A stretch of DNA of 64,000 nucleotides, taken from contig NC_043026.1 of NCBI RefSeq assembly GCF_006345805.1, positions 4,464,001 to 4,528,000 of the forward strand, given 5' to 3'. The notes beneath the pieces are model-generated. The model worked only from the letters and a program-made list of their open reading frames with translations. It made no database searches and was not told where the DNA came from. Positions 40,690 to 54,077 of the stretch are shown piece by piece. The stretch is from Octopus sinensis (taxonomy: Eukaryota). The position numbers and the translations under genes were made by a program. Numbering within the stretch: position 1 is the stretch's first letter; every line of letters starts with the position of its first letter.

Positions 40690-40965
40690 TGATACCTGGA
40701 ACATCCTCAAACAGAACCTGAACAAGCTTGTTCCAAATGCAGTGTCTTCCTCAGATCCTTGGTATCTCCCTACATGACCAAATCTCAAACAACAACATCC
40801 AAGGACAACCATTGGAGACCAAGACTGGCAGGATGAGCACTGGAAGCAACCTTTGTGGTGGCAGCAACCCACACAACTGGAGAATCCAGCACAGGGCACC
40901 AAAGAAGAAGAAATATGGTCAACAATTCGAGGAAGGCTTGGAAGACCTAAAGTCACGTTGACCTG
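40690..40965 (+). mobile_element. RTE-like ORF2 3' fragment
   Basis: FQMQCLPQILGISLHDQISN resembles the RTE motif CLRRILGISWRDHISN. Confidence 0.55.
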
Positions 40966-41129
40966 AAGGATGCAAAGACCAGGGCCATGGATTGGAAAGT
41001 ATGGAATAATATCATCATCAGAGTCCATTGTATGGTGGCACCCGCAGCAGCGGGTTGAAAGGACAGCCTTGCCCTCCAGTTGCCAGCTAGGGATCTCACT
41101 ACTTGTGGGTTGAGCTGACTGCTAATTGA

Positions 41130-41490
41130 CAACCTCCACAGCATCTCATTCTTGCTCACAACATCATAAGCGGAAAGTGTAACCTCTCGAAAGAGCTGTT
41201 CTTCACTCCTGCTCCAGAGCGTCGGCTGCGGGGTCATTCCGAAAAGCTCTATTTGCGACGATTTCATCTCAATCGAAGGAGAGGGGCTTTCTCCGTCCGG
41301 GTTGCGGATCCGTGGAATAAGCTGCCGGACGAGATGGTGAAGATGCCAACAACCGCTCAGTTCAAAGTCTCCCTTGACCGCAAGTGGCCTGAACTCTTTA
41401 TATGAACACCACCCTGTACATAACGCCATGTCTCCCTACATGGCCTTGCTTTTTGCTTTTTGAGCCAAAAAATTTACTAACTAACTAACG
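41130..41490 (+). mobile_element. CR1 LINE 3' end
   Basis: LRGHSEKLYLRRFHLNRRRGAFSVRVADPWNKLPDEMVKMPTTAQFKVSLDRKW, followed by a short 3' UTR ending in (ctaa)n. Confidence 0.85.
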
Positions 41491-41637
41491 AACAGAAGCT
41501 GACCATGTTCTGTAATTACAAATATCTAATGTAGAGGTCGTGAAAGACTTGCAGATCTAACAGCACACATCATATACGTAAGAACCAGACATTAAGTCAA
41601 TATCTAACCGCAATTGCGACCCCTGCAAAAATCTCAC

Positions 41638-41712
41638 CTCATTCGTCATCCTCTGACGACTAACTGTTCTTCTGTAATAGCTGAAGTCATTCTGAATAGC
41701 TGGAGTGGTCAT
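41638..41712 (-). CDS. FAM49 (CYRI): CYRI/FAM49 internal exon, 25 codons, phase 0-0
   Basis: [25 protein letters not shown] matches recalled human [21 protein letters not shown]. Splice sites are tttacag| and |gtgaga. It joins in frame to the exon at 37674-37796. Confidence 0.93.
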
Positions 41713-44119
41713 CTGTAAATATAGAGAAATATATTTATAAGCATCAGTCGTTGTATGGCTGAAGTGTCCATGCACAGACACACAGACATCAACTGATTTG
41801 ACATTTCGATTTTAGTTCTGGATCAAGTAGTTTATTTAAAGTAATGAATCTTGCACTAATTATACATTAATTAACTATCTAATGATCAAGGAAAGCAAAG
41901 AAGACATGGGATGAAGTACTGAAGGCCAATCACAAAACGCTGGACCTGACAAAGGAGAGGATGGATATGTGGCACATTGCCATACTTGCCCACCACAACA
42001 GAATGGAGATCCTAAAACCAAGGTGCCACATGAAAGGCATTGGTGTGGGTGCTAGTGACACATGGAAAGCACTGGTGATGGTTCCACTTCAGCACCCAGT
42101 GCATTCTGTAAGGTGGTTGGCGTTAGGGAGAGCATCCATCCATAGACACCAAGCCAAAGCGGACAATCGGAGCCTGGAGCAGCTCCTGGACTTACCAGTT
42201 CCTGTCAAGCCATCCAACCCATGCAAGCACGGAAAACGGAGGCTAGATGATGATGATGATGATGATGATGAGGGGTTACAGCATAAGGGAAGGAGCCAGA
42301 GCAGATCATGTTTCTTGCTGTAGAAGAAGAACAACAACATGCTTTCTCAAATCTTAAAAGAGAGGATGGAGACGACCAATCAGGTTGGAGCTGGGAAGAG
42401 AGAAACCGAGTGGTGATGAGATGTCATGGTTGGAGGGGCAAAGTAGAGGCTGAGCCGAAACGAGATGGAACTGAAGATAAAAGAATGTGGGGGGGGGAAG
42501 AGGTTGCAAGAGGGTTTGGCGGGAGGGGTGTGACTATAATGAGTGGAGAACAGGTACCAAGGGGTGGATAAAGAGGTAGAGACCAATGAAATATGTGAGT
42601 GAAAGGCAAAGCAATACTAGTATAGAGATACAGTGGTGAAGGAGAAGGATAAGGGATGAGGGAGAGAGAGAGAGATGATGTGTAGTTTGTATAGGTAGCC
42701 AGAGTGTGGGGACGGGGGAGAGTGAAACGTACAGTGGTAGAGAAGGAGATAATTTGGTGGGTCAGAGGGAAAGAATGATCAATGTAAAATGTGGATGGAG
42801 AGAACAGCGAAAGGATTAATGGTGGATATCAAGTGGAATGGTTGTGGGCAGTTGAGAAAAACGAGTCAGATGAAGGAGAAGCTGCAGGTACAAAGATGAT
42901 GGGGGAACTCATACATCGATACACCAAATTATCTCTCCTCCCCTACCACCATTCCATTCACTGAACCTTTCAAAGGAGATGACAAAGCATCAAGATATCT
43001 AGTGGAGGTGTCTTAATAGGGAAATTGGGCAAAGGGACCAGTTGTGTGTGTGTCTGTGTGTATTGTCATCGTCATCTTTTAACATCTGTTTTTCATGCTG
43101 GCATGGGTTGGACGGTTTGACCAGAGCTGGCAAGCAGAAGAGCTGCACCAGGTTCCAGTCTGGTTTGGCCCTTTCTATGGCTGGATGTCCTTCCTAATGC
43201 CAACCATTTTTTACAGAGTTTGTTGAGTGGTTTTAATGTGACACTGGCACGAGCACTTTTACGTGGCACTGACTCTTGCAGGCCAACCCTTTTCATCAGC
43301 AGGGAACGGCCTTAACACTTCTGCACCAGATACCTCGGTCCTTTGTCACCTCATCTGAAGGGTTCAGTGAATGGGGAGAGAGAGAGAGAGAGAGAGAGAC
43401 GTATGGTGTATACATACACAGTGTCTAGAACTTAGTTTTACCAATTTCAGAAGGTCTTTTCAAGTTCCTATTGCCAGTTCTCCCCATCCTTTGTCATCAC
43501 CTCTATGGAGTTCCAGACCCGGAGATCAGCCTCCATCACCTCACTCAATGCCATCCTAAGTGACCAGCATTTCTTTATACAGTTACCCTCATCCATATGA
43601 ATACATATACACATAGACTCACAGACAGACAATGTTGCCAAACTGTTAATGTTATCAAATGTACAGGTCCTGAAGAACACATTTCTAAATATTGCTGCAT
43701 CCTCTGCAATTATCAATTACCATTCCAAAGTCTTCACAACAAACTGCTTCCACTCTGTGTCTAACCCTGTATAAATAGAGGTCAGCCAGGGAACAGGAAA
43801 GAGCTGCTTGACCCCATCGAGAGGTCACAACTTCAATACTACAGACATGTGATTAGAATATAGTGGGGACATAATTGCAAAATGGATCCTCCAAGAGAAG
43901 CCAAAAAGCAGGAGAACAAGACTAGCAGTCACAGATGGTCCTGCTAGGGAAGCTAGCAAGAAAGTCTAGTGATGACTGCTTCTGCTAGGACCCCATGAAA
44001 GTTTCTACCCCACCCAGGAATATGGACTGAGATAACACACACATCCATATTCCTTTCTACTATAGGCACAAGGCCTGAAATCTGGATTGACCCCCAGTGC
44101 GTAACTGGTATTTAATTTA

Positions 44120-46095
44120 TCCAAAGAGAGAGGTTTGGAGATGCCACTATGAAAGGTTGCTGAATAAAGAAAATGAATGGGATGAAGAGAGTCTGCCGAA
44201 TGTCGACCCAACAGAGGGACCAGCTATCCGAGTTGACAGTTCCTTGGTAGTTAAGGCAATTAGAAGCATGAAGACAGGGAAAGCCCCAGGCCCATCAGGA
44301 ATTACTGCTCAACATATCTGGTAGTGTCAGCTATAGCCTAGTCACCCGTATAGTTAACCAGGTGATACACGAAGAAGTCATTCCCAATGACTGGTGTAGC
44401 AGCATACTAGTCAACTGCTACAAAGGTAAAGGTGATGCCCTAGATACAAATAATTATAGAGGTATCAAGCTGTTGGATCAGATAATGAAGGTTACGGAGA
44501 GGGTCATAGCCCAACTAATTAGAGAGAGAGTAATTAGAGATGCAGTTTGGGTTCGTGCCAGGGAAAAGTACTACTGATGCTATATTCCTGGTAAGACAGC
44601 TGCAGGAGAAATACCTAGCCAAAGGCAAGCCCCTATACCTGGCTTTTGTTGATATGGAGAAAGCCTTCGACAGGGTCCCCCGATCCCTTATCTGGTGGTC
44701 AATGAGGAAACTAGGGATAGATGAAAGGTTAGTGAGAGCTGAACGAGCCATTAACAGGGACACTGCTAGTAAGGTGAGGGTTGGCAACGAGTACAGTGAA
44801 GAATTCCGGGTAGAGGTTGGGGTCCACCAAGGTTCAGTCCTCAGTTCCCTCCTATTTATCATAGTCCTCCAAGCAATAATGGAGGAATTCAAGACAGGAT
44901 GCCCCTGGGAGCTCCTCTATGCTGATGACCTTGCTCTAATTGCTGAGTCTCTATCAGAACTGGAGGAGAAGTTTCAGGTGTGGAAGCAAGGTTTAGAATC
45001 GAAGGGCCTTAGAGTCAACCTAGCTAAAACCAAAGTCCTAATAAGTAGGAAGGTAGACAAATCATAAACACCTTCAGGTAGATGGCCCTGCTCGATCTGT
45101 AAGAAAGGTGTAGGTAGAAACTCTATAAGATGCACCAAGTGTAAGCTATGGACACATAAGAGGTGCAGCAATGTCAAAGGAAGGCTAACTAGGAAGATAG
45201 TTTTTCTATGTGGCAGATGCTCGGGAGTATCAAACACTGAAAATACGCAGAGACCATCTTCCGCCACATTCCAGGGAGAAAAACTAGAAATAGTTGATAG
45301 CTTCTGTTACCTCGGTGACCAAGTCAGCAGCGGGGGTGGATGTGCTCGCAAGAAATGAAGCCAGTATGGTCCGATGGATGTGTAATGTCAGTGTTCATAC
45401 TCGACAGAGTGTAAGTACTTTGAGAGAAAAGTTGGACCTAAGAAGCATCAGTTGTAGTGTGCAAGAGAGACGTTTGCACTGGCATGACCATGTGGCGAGA
45501 ATGGATGAAGATAGTTGTGTGAAAAAGTGCCACAACCTAGTGGTTGAGGGAACCTGTGGAAGAGGTAGACCCAGGAAAACCTGCGATGAGGTGGTGAAGC
45601 ACGACCTTCGAACTTTAGGTCTCACCGAGGAAATGACTAGAGACCGAGACCGTTGGAAGTATGCTGTGCGTGAGAAGCCCCGGCAGGACAAGTGAGGCCA
45701 TAATCCCATGGGCCCTACCTGGGATGTAGCCAGCCCACTTATGTGTTCCTTTCCTTCTTGGGACACAAAACTCCATTTGTGAAGACCTGTTGAGGCAAGT
45801 GAAAATCAAAATCATAATCTATTGACATAGTGGAATTCGTAGCTGTGATACCAGTGCCGGTGGCACGTAAGAGTACCATGCAAATGTGGCCGTAGCCAGC
45901 GCCGCCCTGACTGGCACGTAAAAAGCACCCACTACACTCACAGAGTGGTTGGCGTTAGGAAGGGCATCCAGCCGTAGAAACACTGCCAGATCAGACTGGG
46001 CCTGGTGCAGCCTTCTGGCTTCCCAGACCCCAGTTGAACCGTCCAACCCATGCTAGCATGGAAAGCGGACGTTAAACGATGATGATGATGATGAT
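44120..46095 (+). mobile_element. RTE-clade LINE, 5'-truncated, with RT, 3' UTR and (GAT)n tail
   Basis: NYRGIKLL, QFGFVPGKSTTDAIF, AFVDMEKAFDRVPR, GVHQGSVLS and LLYADDL; frameshifts and an internal deletion near 45345. Confidence 0.92.
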
Positions 46096-46112
46096 GTTAT
46101 TATTATTATTGA

Positions 46113-46325
46113 AGCAGTGAGCTGGCACAATAGTTAGTGTGCTGGACAAAATGCTTAGCAGTGTTTCGCCTGGCGCTAGGTTCTGAGTTCAAATCCTGCC
46201 AAGGTTAACTTTACCTTTCATCCTTTTGGGGTTGATAAAATAAGTACCAGTTGAACACTGGGGTCAATAAAATCAATTCATCCTTTCCAACAAGACTGCT
46301 GCCCTTGTGGCAAAATCTGGAACCA
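46113..46325 (+). mobile_element. SINE family B, single copy
   Basis: Same head and body as the 14720-15839 array. Confidence 0.8.
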
Positions 46326-46774
46326 TTTTTATTATATTATTATTATTATTATTATTGGTATTAAATAATGGTCGGTGTTGATGTTGTTGACATTGTCTCT
46401 CAAAGCGAAGAGACTGACCCATTTAAGGCTGGTCTTAAACCGTGGCTTTCTGTGGGAGGAACTAGGGTGATGGTGGCGGTAGTGTATACAATATAGGGAG
46501 AGAGAGAGGGTGGGGTGAGTTGGAAATGAATGAGTGGAAGACAGGATGGTCACAGTTGGAACATCTATGATCATAGGTTTGCTGGAGTTAAACAACAAGG
46601 AAGGATACATTAAATGATGTTCTCCTAGATACACTATGTCTGAATAAACCTAAATATACATTTCAGTTTTTATGCGAGGAAAAAGGTTTTAGGGCGGGGA
46701 AGAAGGGTTTGGTCTCTGATTGTTCTTCAAGTTCTTAAATAATTTTCTTCTTTTTTCTTCTGAACTGTTTCCAG

Positions 46775-46869
46775 GGTTTCACATATGTGGCGCCATCTGT
46801 CTTCACTGAATTACTCAAATCAAAGTCTCCACGTCGTCAACTGATGGCTGGTTTCCGTGGACCAACAAG
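46775..46869 (+). CDS. RPS6KB (S6K): p70 ribosomal S6 kinase exon containing the hydrophobic motif
   Basis: GFTYVAPSVFTELLKSKSPRRQLMAGFRGPT. GFTYVAPSV and the downstream SPRR are S6K hallmarks. Polypyrimidine tract plus ttccag| acceptor; |gtaaag donor; ends in phase 2. Confidence 0.9.
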
Positions 46870-47284
46870 GTAAAGCTAAAACCACCACCGTGTATATAAC
46901 ATGTGTATATCTCAGTTTCTCCCTTCAAATATTCATTTATTTATACACACATGTATGTTTGTGTGTATATATATATACATATAACATAGAGAGAGAGAGA
47001 TACATATGTATAGGAGAATAATGTTATAACTTCGTTTTATAACTTTGTTAAACCGAAGAATAAAAATAAAAGTATATATGTATACACATACACACTCATA
47101 TATATGTATAGATATGTACACATACATGCAGATATACATACATATATGTATGTATAAGATGTCTACACATGCATATATATATATACACACACACTCACAT
47201 ACACATATATACATATACATACAGACATTTACAGGATAGAAAAGCAAAACTTGGAAAAGCCAAAAAGAATTTGGAAATGTTTAT

Positions 47285-48330
47285 TTGTAGATGGAAGGGT
47301 CAACATTAAGCAAGATTATTTATCCTTAAGTTATTGCTGCCAATAATAGAGAGTCTGCTCTAATGTGACCCCCAATATTGTCTGTCACCAATTGGATATG
47401 GCATCTGAAGTTTGGGCAATTTGGCCCATTCTTTCTTCAAAACTCTGTTGGTAGACTGCTCTAAAGTGCCTCAACTAGAATAGTCCAGTGGATTCGAGTC
47501 GGGGCTGGAGAAGGGCTACGAATCAGCAAAATTGTCCCTTCATTGCTTTTGTACTTCCTTTGCTGTATGAGCAGGTGTTCCATCCTGAATCTACATATAA
47601 TTACGTTTAGGGTAATTAGCTAATTAGGCTAAAGCAGGACATGCTATCTTCACGCTTTGTAATAGACATCAGCACCGATTCTCTCAGGAGAATGTAAAAA
47701 ATGTTGGGCCATTGTTTTTCTTTTGTCATCTGATGCCACAACTGCCTCCCCCGAGCAGGATGCTTTGCTCTGTAGACACCCTTCACTTGAGATAGTGATT
47801 CAGCAATAAACCAATCGTTTCGTCTGTTCACAACAGAATCCACAGTGAAGATTTTCTCGTCAGAAACTATTTTCCACAGTGGATCCTGACCTCTTCAGGA
47901 AGGCACAACACTTTTTTTGCTCTCTCGAGCTTCCTGACTTTCATTGAATCGGTCAGGGGGTGTCTTGGAGTTGGCACAAAATGTTGCAGGATTCAATCAC
48001 AGTGAACAGTATTTCTAACAGTCTTGGTATCAATTTTCATTTCAGTTGTCAGTTTTGTCAGAGATGTGGTTGGATCCTTTGAAATTTTAGATTTGAGGGC
48101 CTTCAGGTATGCTGGATCTCACTTGTTATTGGTTGCTTCAGTTTCTTCTGAATACCTCTGGTGTTATCCAAATAGTTCTTGATGTCGTAAACTGTGCTTA
48201 ACGACACATTAACCAACTCAGAAATTTGCTTGATGGTCATCTCCTGCCCAGAGCAAATCAGCAATGCATTGTCTCTTTGCTCATTGAGATGACAACAGAG
48301 TTGGACTTGCACATGAGAAACCAATTGAAG
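47285..48330 (-). mobile_element. Tc1/mariner-superfamily transposase remnant (maT/DD37D-like)
   Basis: N-terminal HTH ISELVNVSLSTVY and DSVVNRRNDWFIAES..VKGVYRAKHPA; many frameshifts, so the DD spacing cannot be counted. Confidence 0.75.
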
Positions 48331-48479
48331 TTGTTACTACGAGATTTAATACTGAAGATAAGATTATAAAATTTGTTAGAGTGAGAAGCTCTGGATCTCA
48401 GCTATTGACTCTCCCTCCCTCCCTCTCTCTCTCTATATATATATGTGTATGTGTATATAGTTATATGTTATTCAATTAA

Positions 48480-49430
48480 AGGTTACAACTCATGTATTAA
48501 AGTGCTACAAATAGTTTCCTGTTGAGAAAACTGAAACATAATCTTTGGGTGCAAACCACGTATCATAACAAACTAAAGAAATTGAATAATAGAAGAAACG
48601 CGAAAAAAACTGAGAAGACAGCATGAAGAAAATGTAGAGAGAAAGAAGAGAAAATGGAAAACTAAAATGTCAAAAATAAAAAGTAAAAAGGTAAAAGAGT
48701 TATCCTCCTAAGACCTTAAATGATAAGGCTGGAAAGACATCAAGTCGGTCAGGGGTAGGTGGAATTTTCCAATTTTTCAAAATATATTTATACATATGCA
48801 CGCAACCACTGAAAATTTCTGACCTGGAGTTCAATAGAGAGTTAGGGATCTCTGATCTGAACAGGATCTGCGCTCTTTCAGCCAAAGTCTATATTTATTC
48901 GATCTGTTCACATAAGATATGGATTTTTCAATTACCTTCCATTTAATCCCATGTGGCGTTTCGTTATCTTTCAAACTCCATACGTAGCTAGCCAACTTAG
49001 TAGCTTTACTTTCGTCCCTCTGTTGGAAGGAGCTGATGTGATTAGCAGAGCGATTTTTCAATTCACCTTCACATAATCCAATATAGGTCTTCCTATCGCT
49101 TGTATTATGATTTCGGATTGTAGTGACTTCTGCCTATTCCTGACTGACTTCATATCTTTCCAGCCTTATCATTTAAGCTCTAAGGTGGAGAGCTCTTTTA
49201 CCTTTTCTGACCTTTTTACACTCTAGTTTCTGTTTTCCACTTTCCATTTTCTGTTTTTTGCTTTCCATTGTTTACTGTCTGCATTTTCTGCACGCTGCCT
49301 TAGTTTTTTTCGAGTTCCTTTAATTATTCAATTTCTTTAGTAATGATAATTAGTTTGTGCCTGAGGAATATTTTGGAGTTTTCTCAACACATGAAACTAT
49401 TAGCAGCACTTAAAGACATGTATTGTGTCC
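48480..49430 (-). mobile_element. Penelope-like GIY-YIG endonuclease fragment (~48830-49100) between inverted arms
   Basis: KTYIGLCEGELKNRSANHISSF...KLASYVWSLKDN...IKWKVI. Positions ~48690-48765 are the reverse complement of ~49128-49205, and the arms extend outward with more divergence. Confidence 0.8.
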
Positions 49431-49691
49431 TTTAAGTAAATAGTATTCATCTCTCACCAGATGGAGTACTTTTTGTTGAATTTTCTATCACGGAACAGTA
49501 CATTATATATACATATATATATATGTGTGTATGTGTGTGTGTATATAACCTTCTGTCTGTATTTATTCATGTGTATATATACATATTTCTTTTCTATATA
49601 ATCATTTGTGTGTGTGTGTATGTATGTATATATATATTTTATCTGTATATATATTTATGCGTATATATGTATTCTGTATTTATTTGTGCAG

Positions 49692-49899
49692 TCCATCAAC
49701 CATGGCCCCTTTGATGGATGGATGCCTAGCAGGACATAGCTCAATGCGAGATGACCCAGAAGCAATGGACACATCTTCTGTTGCCCTCACTCTACCAAAA
49801 CGGTCTCGATCACCAGCGATAGCAGCCAGCAGCAGGGTAGACAACCCATGCCCTCCACTCGACAGTCGAGGCCCTCGTCCCAATTACCGGCGGCACTGA
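49692..49899 (+). CDS. RPS6KB (S6K): p70 S6 kinase, probable terminal coding exon
   Basis: Acceptor tttgtgcag|. Phase 2 joins AG|T to give PTS-PSTMAP...EAMDTSS...NYRRH*. EAMDTS weakly resembles human EQMDVT. Confidence 0.7.
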
Positions 49900-50637
49900 C
49901 ATTCATTCAATATAGGAAACACTTTTACTACAAACTCGTTGTTGTTCTTCTTCTTTTTTCTCTCTTGCCTTTTTTTTGTTTTTTTTTGTTTAATTCGATT
50001 CCTCTGACTCTTGAGATTTTTATTCATTTATATATACACCCACACGCACACATATGTATATATGCATGCGTATGTATGCATTCTCTCTCTGTATATATAT
50101 ATATATATGTGTGTGTGGTGTGTGTATCTATGTATATATGTAGTGAGTGGAGGAACATGGCTCAGTGGGTAAGGTATTCAGTTAATGATCAGAAGCTCAT
50201 GAGTTCAATCTTCACTGGCACGTCCTTGAGCAAGACACTTTATTTCACATTGGCAAAAATGAGTTGTACTCACAATTCAAAATGGCCAGCCTTGTCACAT
50301 TCTGTGTCACTCTGAACTTTGCTGATAACTGTGCTAAGAGTAAACATGTCTGTGGTGCACTCAGCCACTTGCATGTCAATTTCACGTGCAGTCCGTTCCG
50401 TTGATTGGATCACCTGGATCCGTTTTTGTAACTAACAGAGTCCCAAGAACCCACTGCACTCTCGGAGTGGTTGGCATTAGGAAGGGCATCCAGCTGTAGA
50501 AACAGTGCCAGATCAGACTGGAGTCTGGGGCAGCCTCCTGGCTTCCCAGAACCGTCCAACCCATGCCAGCATGGAAAACGGACATTAAACGATGATGATG
50601 ATGTTATATGTATGTAAGTATATCTTGTATTTAGAGC

Positions 50638-50790
50638 TGAGGCTATGTGGGTGAGAAGTCCGCTTCCTAACCATGTGGTTTCAGGTTCAGTCCCACCGCA
50701 TGGTACCTTACAGCAAAGGCCTGCTACAATAGCCCTGGGGCAATCAGTGATTCATCAGTGGATTTGGTAGATGAAAACTGAAAGAGGCCA
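50638..50790 (+). mobile_element. SINE family A, 5' part
   Basis: Head motifs, diverged. Confidence 0.7.
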
Positions 50791-51480
50791 CACACACACG
50801 TGTTTGTGTGTGCATGAAAGAGGATTTCTGTCTGCTTATGTGTATATAAATGTGTGTGTGTGTGCTAACGTATGCATTATGGAGAAGGAAAAGAGAAGGA
50901 AGAAAAAGAAATGAAAGTGATTAAGGGAAAGAAGGAGGGAGAGAGTTGTGCGTGAATGTGGCTGTTGCATGCATGTGCAGGTCTGTGCATATAATCTCAT
51001 TCATGTGAATGTGTGTGAGGAAGGTATGGGCAGTGTGTGTGTGTGAGAGAGAGAGAGAGACTGTCTGACATATATATGATGTGTGTGTGTGAATGTCACG
51101 GGGTGGAGACATGTTGTATGGGGAGCAGTCCCAAGAAGGTGTGTGGTGAGTTGAGACCAAATGGTGTACGAGTCAGTAGTGAGAAGATGAAACATTGTGC
51201 CATGCGAAATCTAGGAGCTAAGGATCTGTTGAGCAACATTAAGCTGAACATTCAGGTGTTGTGTAAAGTGGTTCGCTGAGCAGAGATGACAGGAAAGGAG
51301 TGTTTGTTTCTAGAGATGGATATCTTATAAGTATTTGGTGAATCGATCCACTAGACAATGATGACCGGTTTGGGCAGTGTATAAAGCCCCACAAGGAGTG
51401 CATTTGATGCAGTAGATGACATTCGTGATGGTGGAGGAGAAAGAGTTAAGGATGCCTTTACTTAGATATGTGTATAAGAG

Positions 51481-51575
51481 CGAGGTGCTGAGAAGGTCCT
51501 GGATTTAAGGGTATCGGGGAAGGACTGGTTGGTGGCCCAACCTTCCAAGTATTTTCACAGGGATTAGGAAAACAA
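51481..51575. mobile_element. Truncated copy of the mariner MITE at 6728-6955, opposite orientation
   Basis: gaggtgctgagaaggtcctgg...ggcccaaccttcc...acagggattagg resembles the reverse complement of ~6860-6955. Confidence 0.5.
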
Positions 51576-51697
51576 AAAGGGAATATGTTCAATGAAATCG
51601 TCCTCTTGTATTTTGTTTTACCGAAAACAAGGAACTTTACGCCTTCCAACATGTGTGTGTATGTGTGTAGCTATATCTACATCTGCCTCTCTTTCTC

Positions 51698-51740
<43 letters not shown>

Positions 51741-52849
51741 GTGTGTGTGTGTGTACTTTTGCACATGTTTCAATGCAAATCCATGCACCGAGACATGCAT
51801 ACAGGAGTGTATACACACATGAATGCACATGTATAAAGATGTACAAATGTTGACAAAAATATCTGCAGATAGCTTTAGACATATGTAAGCACACACACAC
51901 ACACAACATATATGTAAATTCATATGAAAACATGTCCTTACGTGCTTCTTGGTTTTACATCCAGCTTTTCTACGTTAGCATGGGTCAGGTGGATATATTA
52001 TTGAGTCACCGTTTTACACCTGGATGGCCTTTCTATTGTTACCTGGTTTTTAATAAATGGATCGGTTATTCCATGCACCTTTGAAGGTGCCAGCAGATGG
52101 TTTGTTGAAGTAAACGACTCTTTGGGAAATACATATATATGCATATTTACACAGGTAAGAACCACCCATTACACTCCAGGAGTGGTCAGCATTAGGAAGG
52201 GCATCCAGCTGTAGAATCCATGCCAAATCAGACTGGAACCTGGTGAAGCCCTCCAGCTTACCATTTCCTGTCAGACCATTTAACCCATGCCAGCCAAATG
52301 ATGATGATGATGATAGAAGCTAAGAAAAATCGTGACCATCCATACATACAGGCTGTCCTTTATGTCCATGCCCCCACGCCCTCTCGATGAGTCTTTGTCT
52401 TGCGGGTACCAGTGCCACATAAAATGCATTCGTGCCAGAGGCACATAAGGAGCACCAGTAAAGTGGTTGGCGTCATACAGCCATAGAAACCATGCCAAAA
52501 GAAACAATTGGGGCCTGACCAGCTCCTGTCCAAACTTCCAGCCATGCCAGCATGGAAAGCATGTTAAACGACGACAGAGGAGGAAGAACATGTGTCTGGA
52601 CGTGTGAATATAACTACAAACACCTACAATAAGCCTAAAATGTGGTTGTCAGTGAATGTTGGGGGTGAGAACATAGATTGTTCAAGTGAAACATTAATCA
52701 TTAGCTAGTTTTATGCGTCAATCAGAAGAATGTGGTTGTTTTACTCGTAAGGTAAGGAATAAAGTATAATGAGTTATTGGTGATTGAGATGGAACACAAC
52801 TGACTGTTTGTAAAACTATGAACATAAAACAGGTAAGTATATATGGGTT

Positions 52850-52995
52850 AAGGAACAATGTTTCTTCCATTGAAAGCACTTAGGGAAATGCCACACTCAA
52901 GACATCCAGGTTTCCATTGAAATTACAGAAAGAAACATTGGGAACCCGAGAATAAAAGAAGCTATTTTAATTAACAAGTACAACCCTCATATTGG
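52850..52995 (+). mobile_element. Penelope-like endonuclease C-terminal fragment
   Basis: HLGKCH...RIKEAILINKYNP. Confidence 0.45.
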
Positions 52996-53159
52996 TTTCA
53001 AATTTTGGCACAAGGCCAGCAATTTCTGAGGAGGTTATAAGTCAATTACATCGACCCCAAAGATTTACCAAAGAATTTTGTAAATTCAACTACTTTTTAC
53101 TCATACATACACACACATATATAATTATATATAAATGCTTTAAATATTCCTTCTAATGC

Positions 53160-53500
53160 CAAAAGCTGTGTCCTCAAAGGCGTTGTGAGTTATCTCCACA
53201 ACTGAGAAGTTACTCTTCAGCTTCTCCTTATATCTGAGCCATGGTCAACCAACATTCTGTGCCACTATCTCAGCTGGCTGTAAATGATAACCTTGGGTAT
53301 TCTTTCGTCATTCATTTTGAGGATATGCCCAGCCCAGCACAACTGCGAATGCTTAAGGAGGCTCTCGATTCTACCAATCTTACACTTGCTAAACAAATCA
53401 ACATTATATATCTCTATACATCTGCCAAAACCTTACAAGCAACAACATGCCAATTCAAACCGAACATATTTAGTGAGGTATCTTCTTTAAAACAAGACAC
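53160..53500 (-). mobile_element. RTE-like ORF2 3' fragment
   Basis: QLCWAGHILKMNDERIPK resembles the RTE motif LRWAGHVVRMPDERIPK. Confidence 0.65.
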
Positions 53501-53642
53501 CTGATAAGATGCATCTGCACCAGGGGATGCAACACAACCGGTTGTAAAGTATTCCACTAAGAAAGGACCAATCCAAGATGGTTCCTTTTTCCCTCAGACA
53601 TATATATACATACACACGCACACACACATATATATATATATT

Positions 53643-54077
53643 TTTTTACTAGTTTCAGTCATTTGACTGCAGCCATACTAGAGTACGACCTTTAGTCAAA
53701 CAAGTCGACTCCAAGATTTATTCGTTGTAAGCCTAGTAATTATTCTATTGAACTTTCTTACCAAACCGCTAATTATGGGGACATAAACACACCACCATCA
53801 GTTGTCAAGTGATGATGGGGTGATAAACACTCACACACACAAATACATTATATATATATGTTATATATAATATATATATATATATATAATATATATATAT
53901 ATATATACGTACGATGGTTTTCTTTCAGTTTCCATCTATGAAATCCACACACAAAGCTTTGATTGGCCCAAGGCTATAGTAGAAGACACTTGCCCAATGG
54001 TGCTATGCAGTGGGACTGAACCCGGAACCATGTGGTTGAGAAGCAAACTTCTTACCACTCAGCCACTTCTGTGCCTA
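53643..54077 (-). mobile_element. SINE family A copy
   Basis: Family motifs present. Confidence 0.8.

Noticed and set aside
9869-54077. tRNA genes
   Set aside because: The A/B-box-like motifs are SINE heads; I found no complete cloverleaf.
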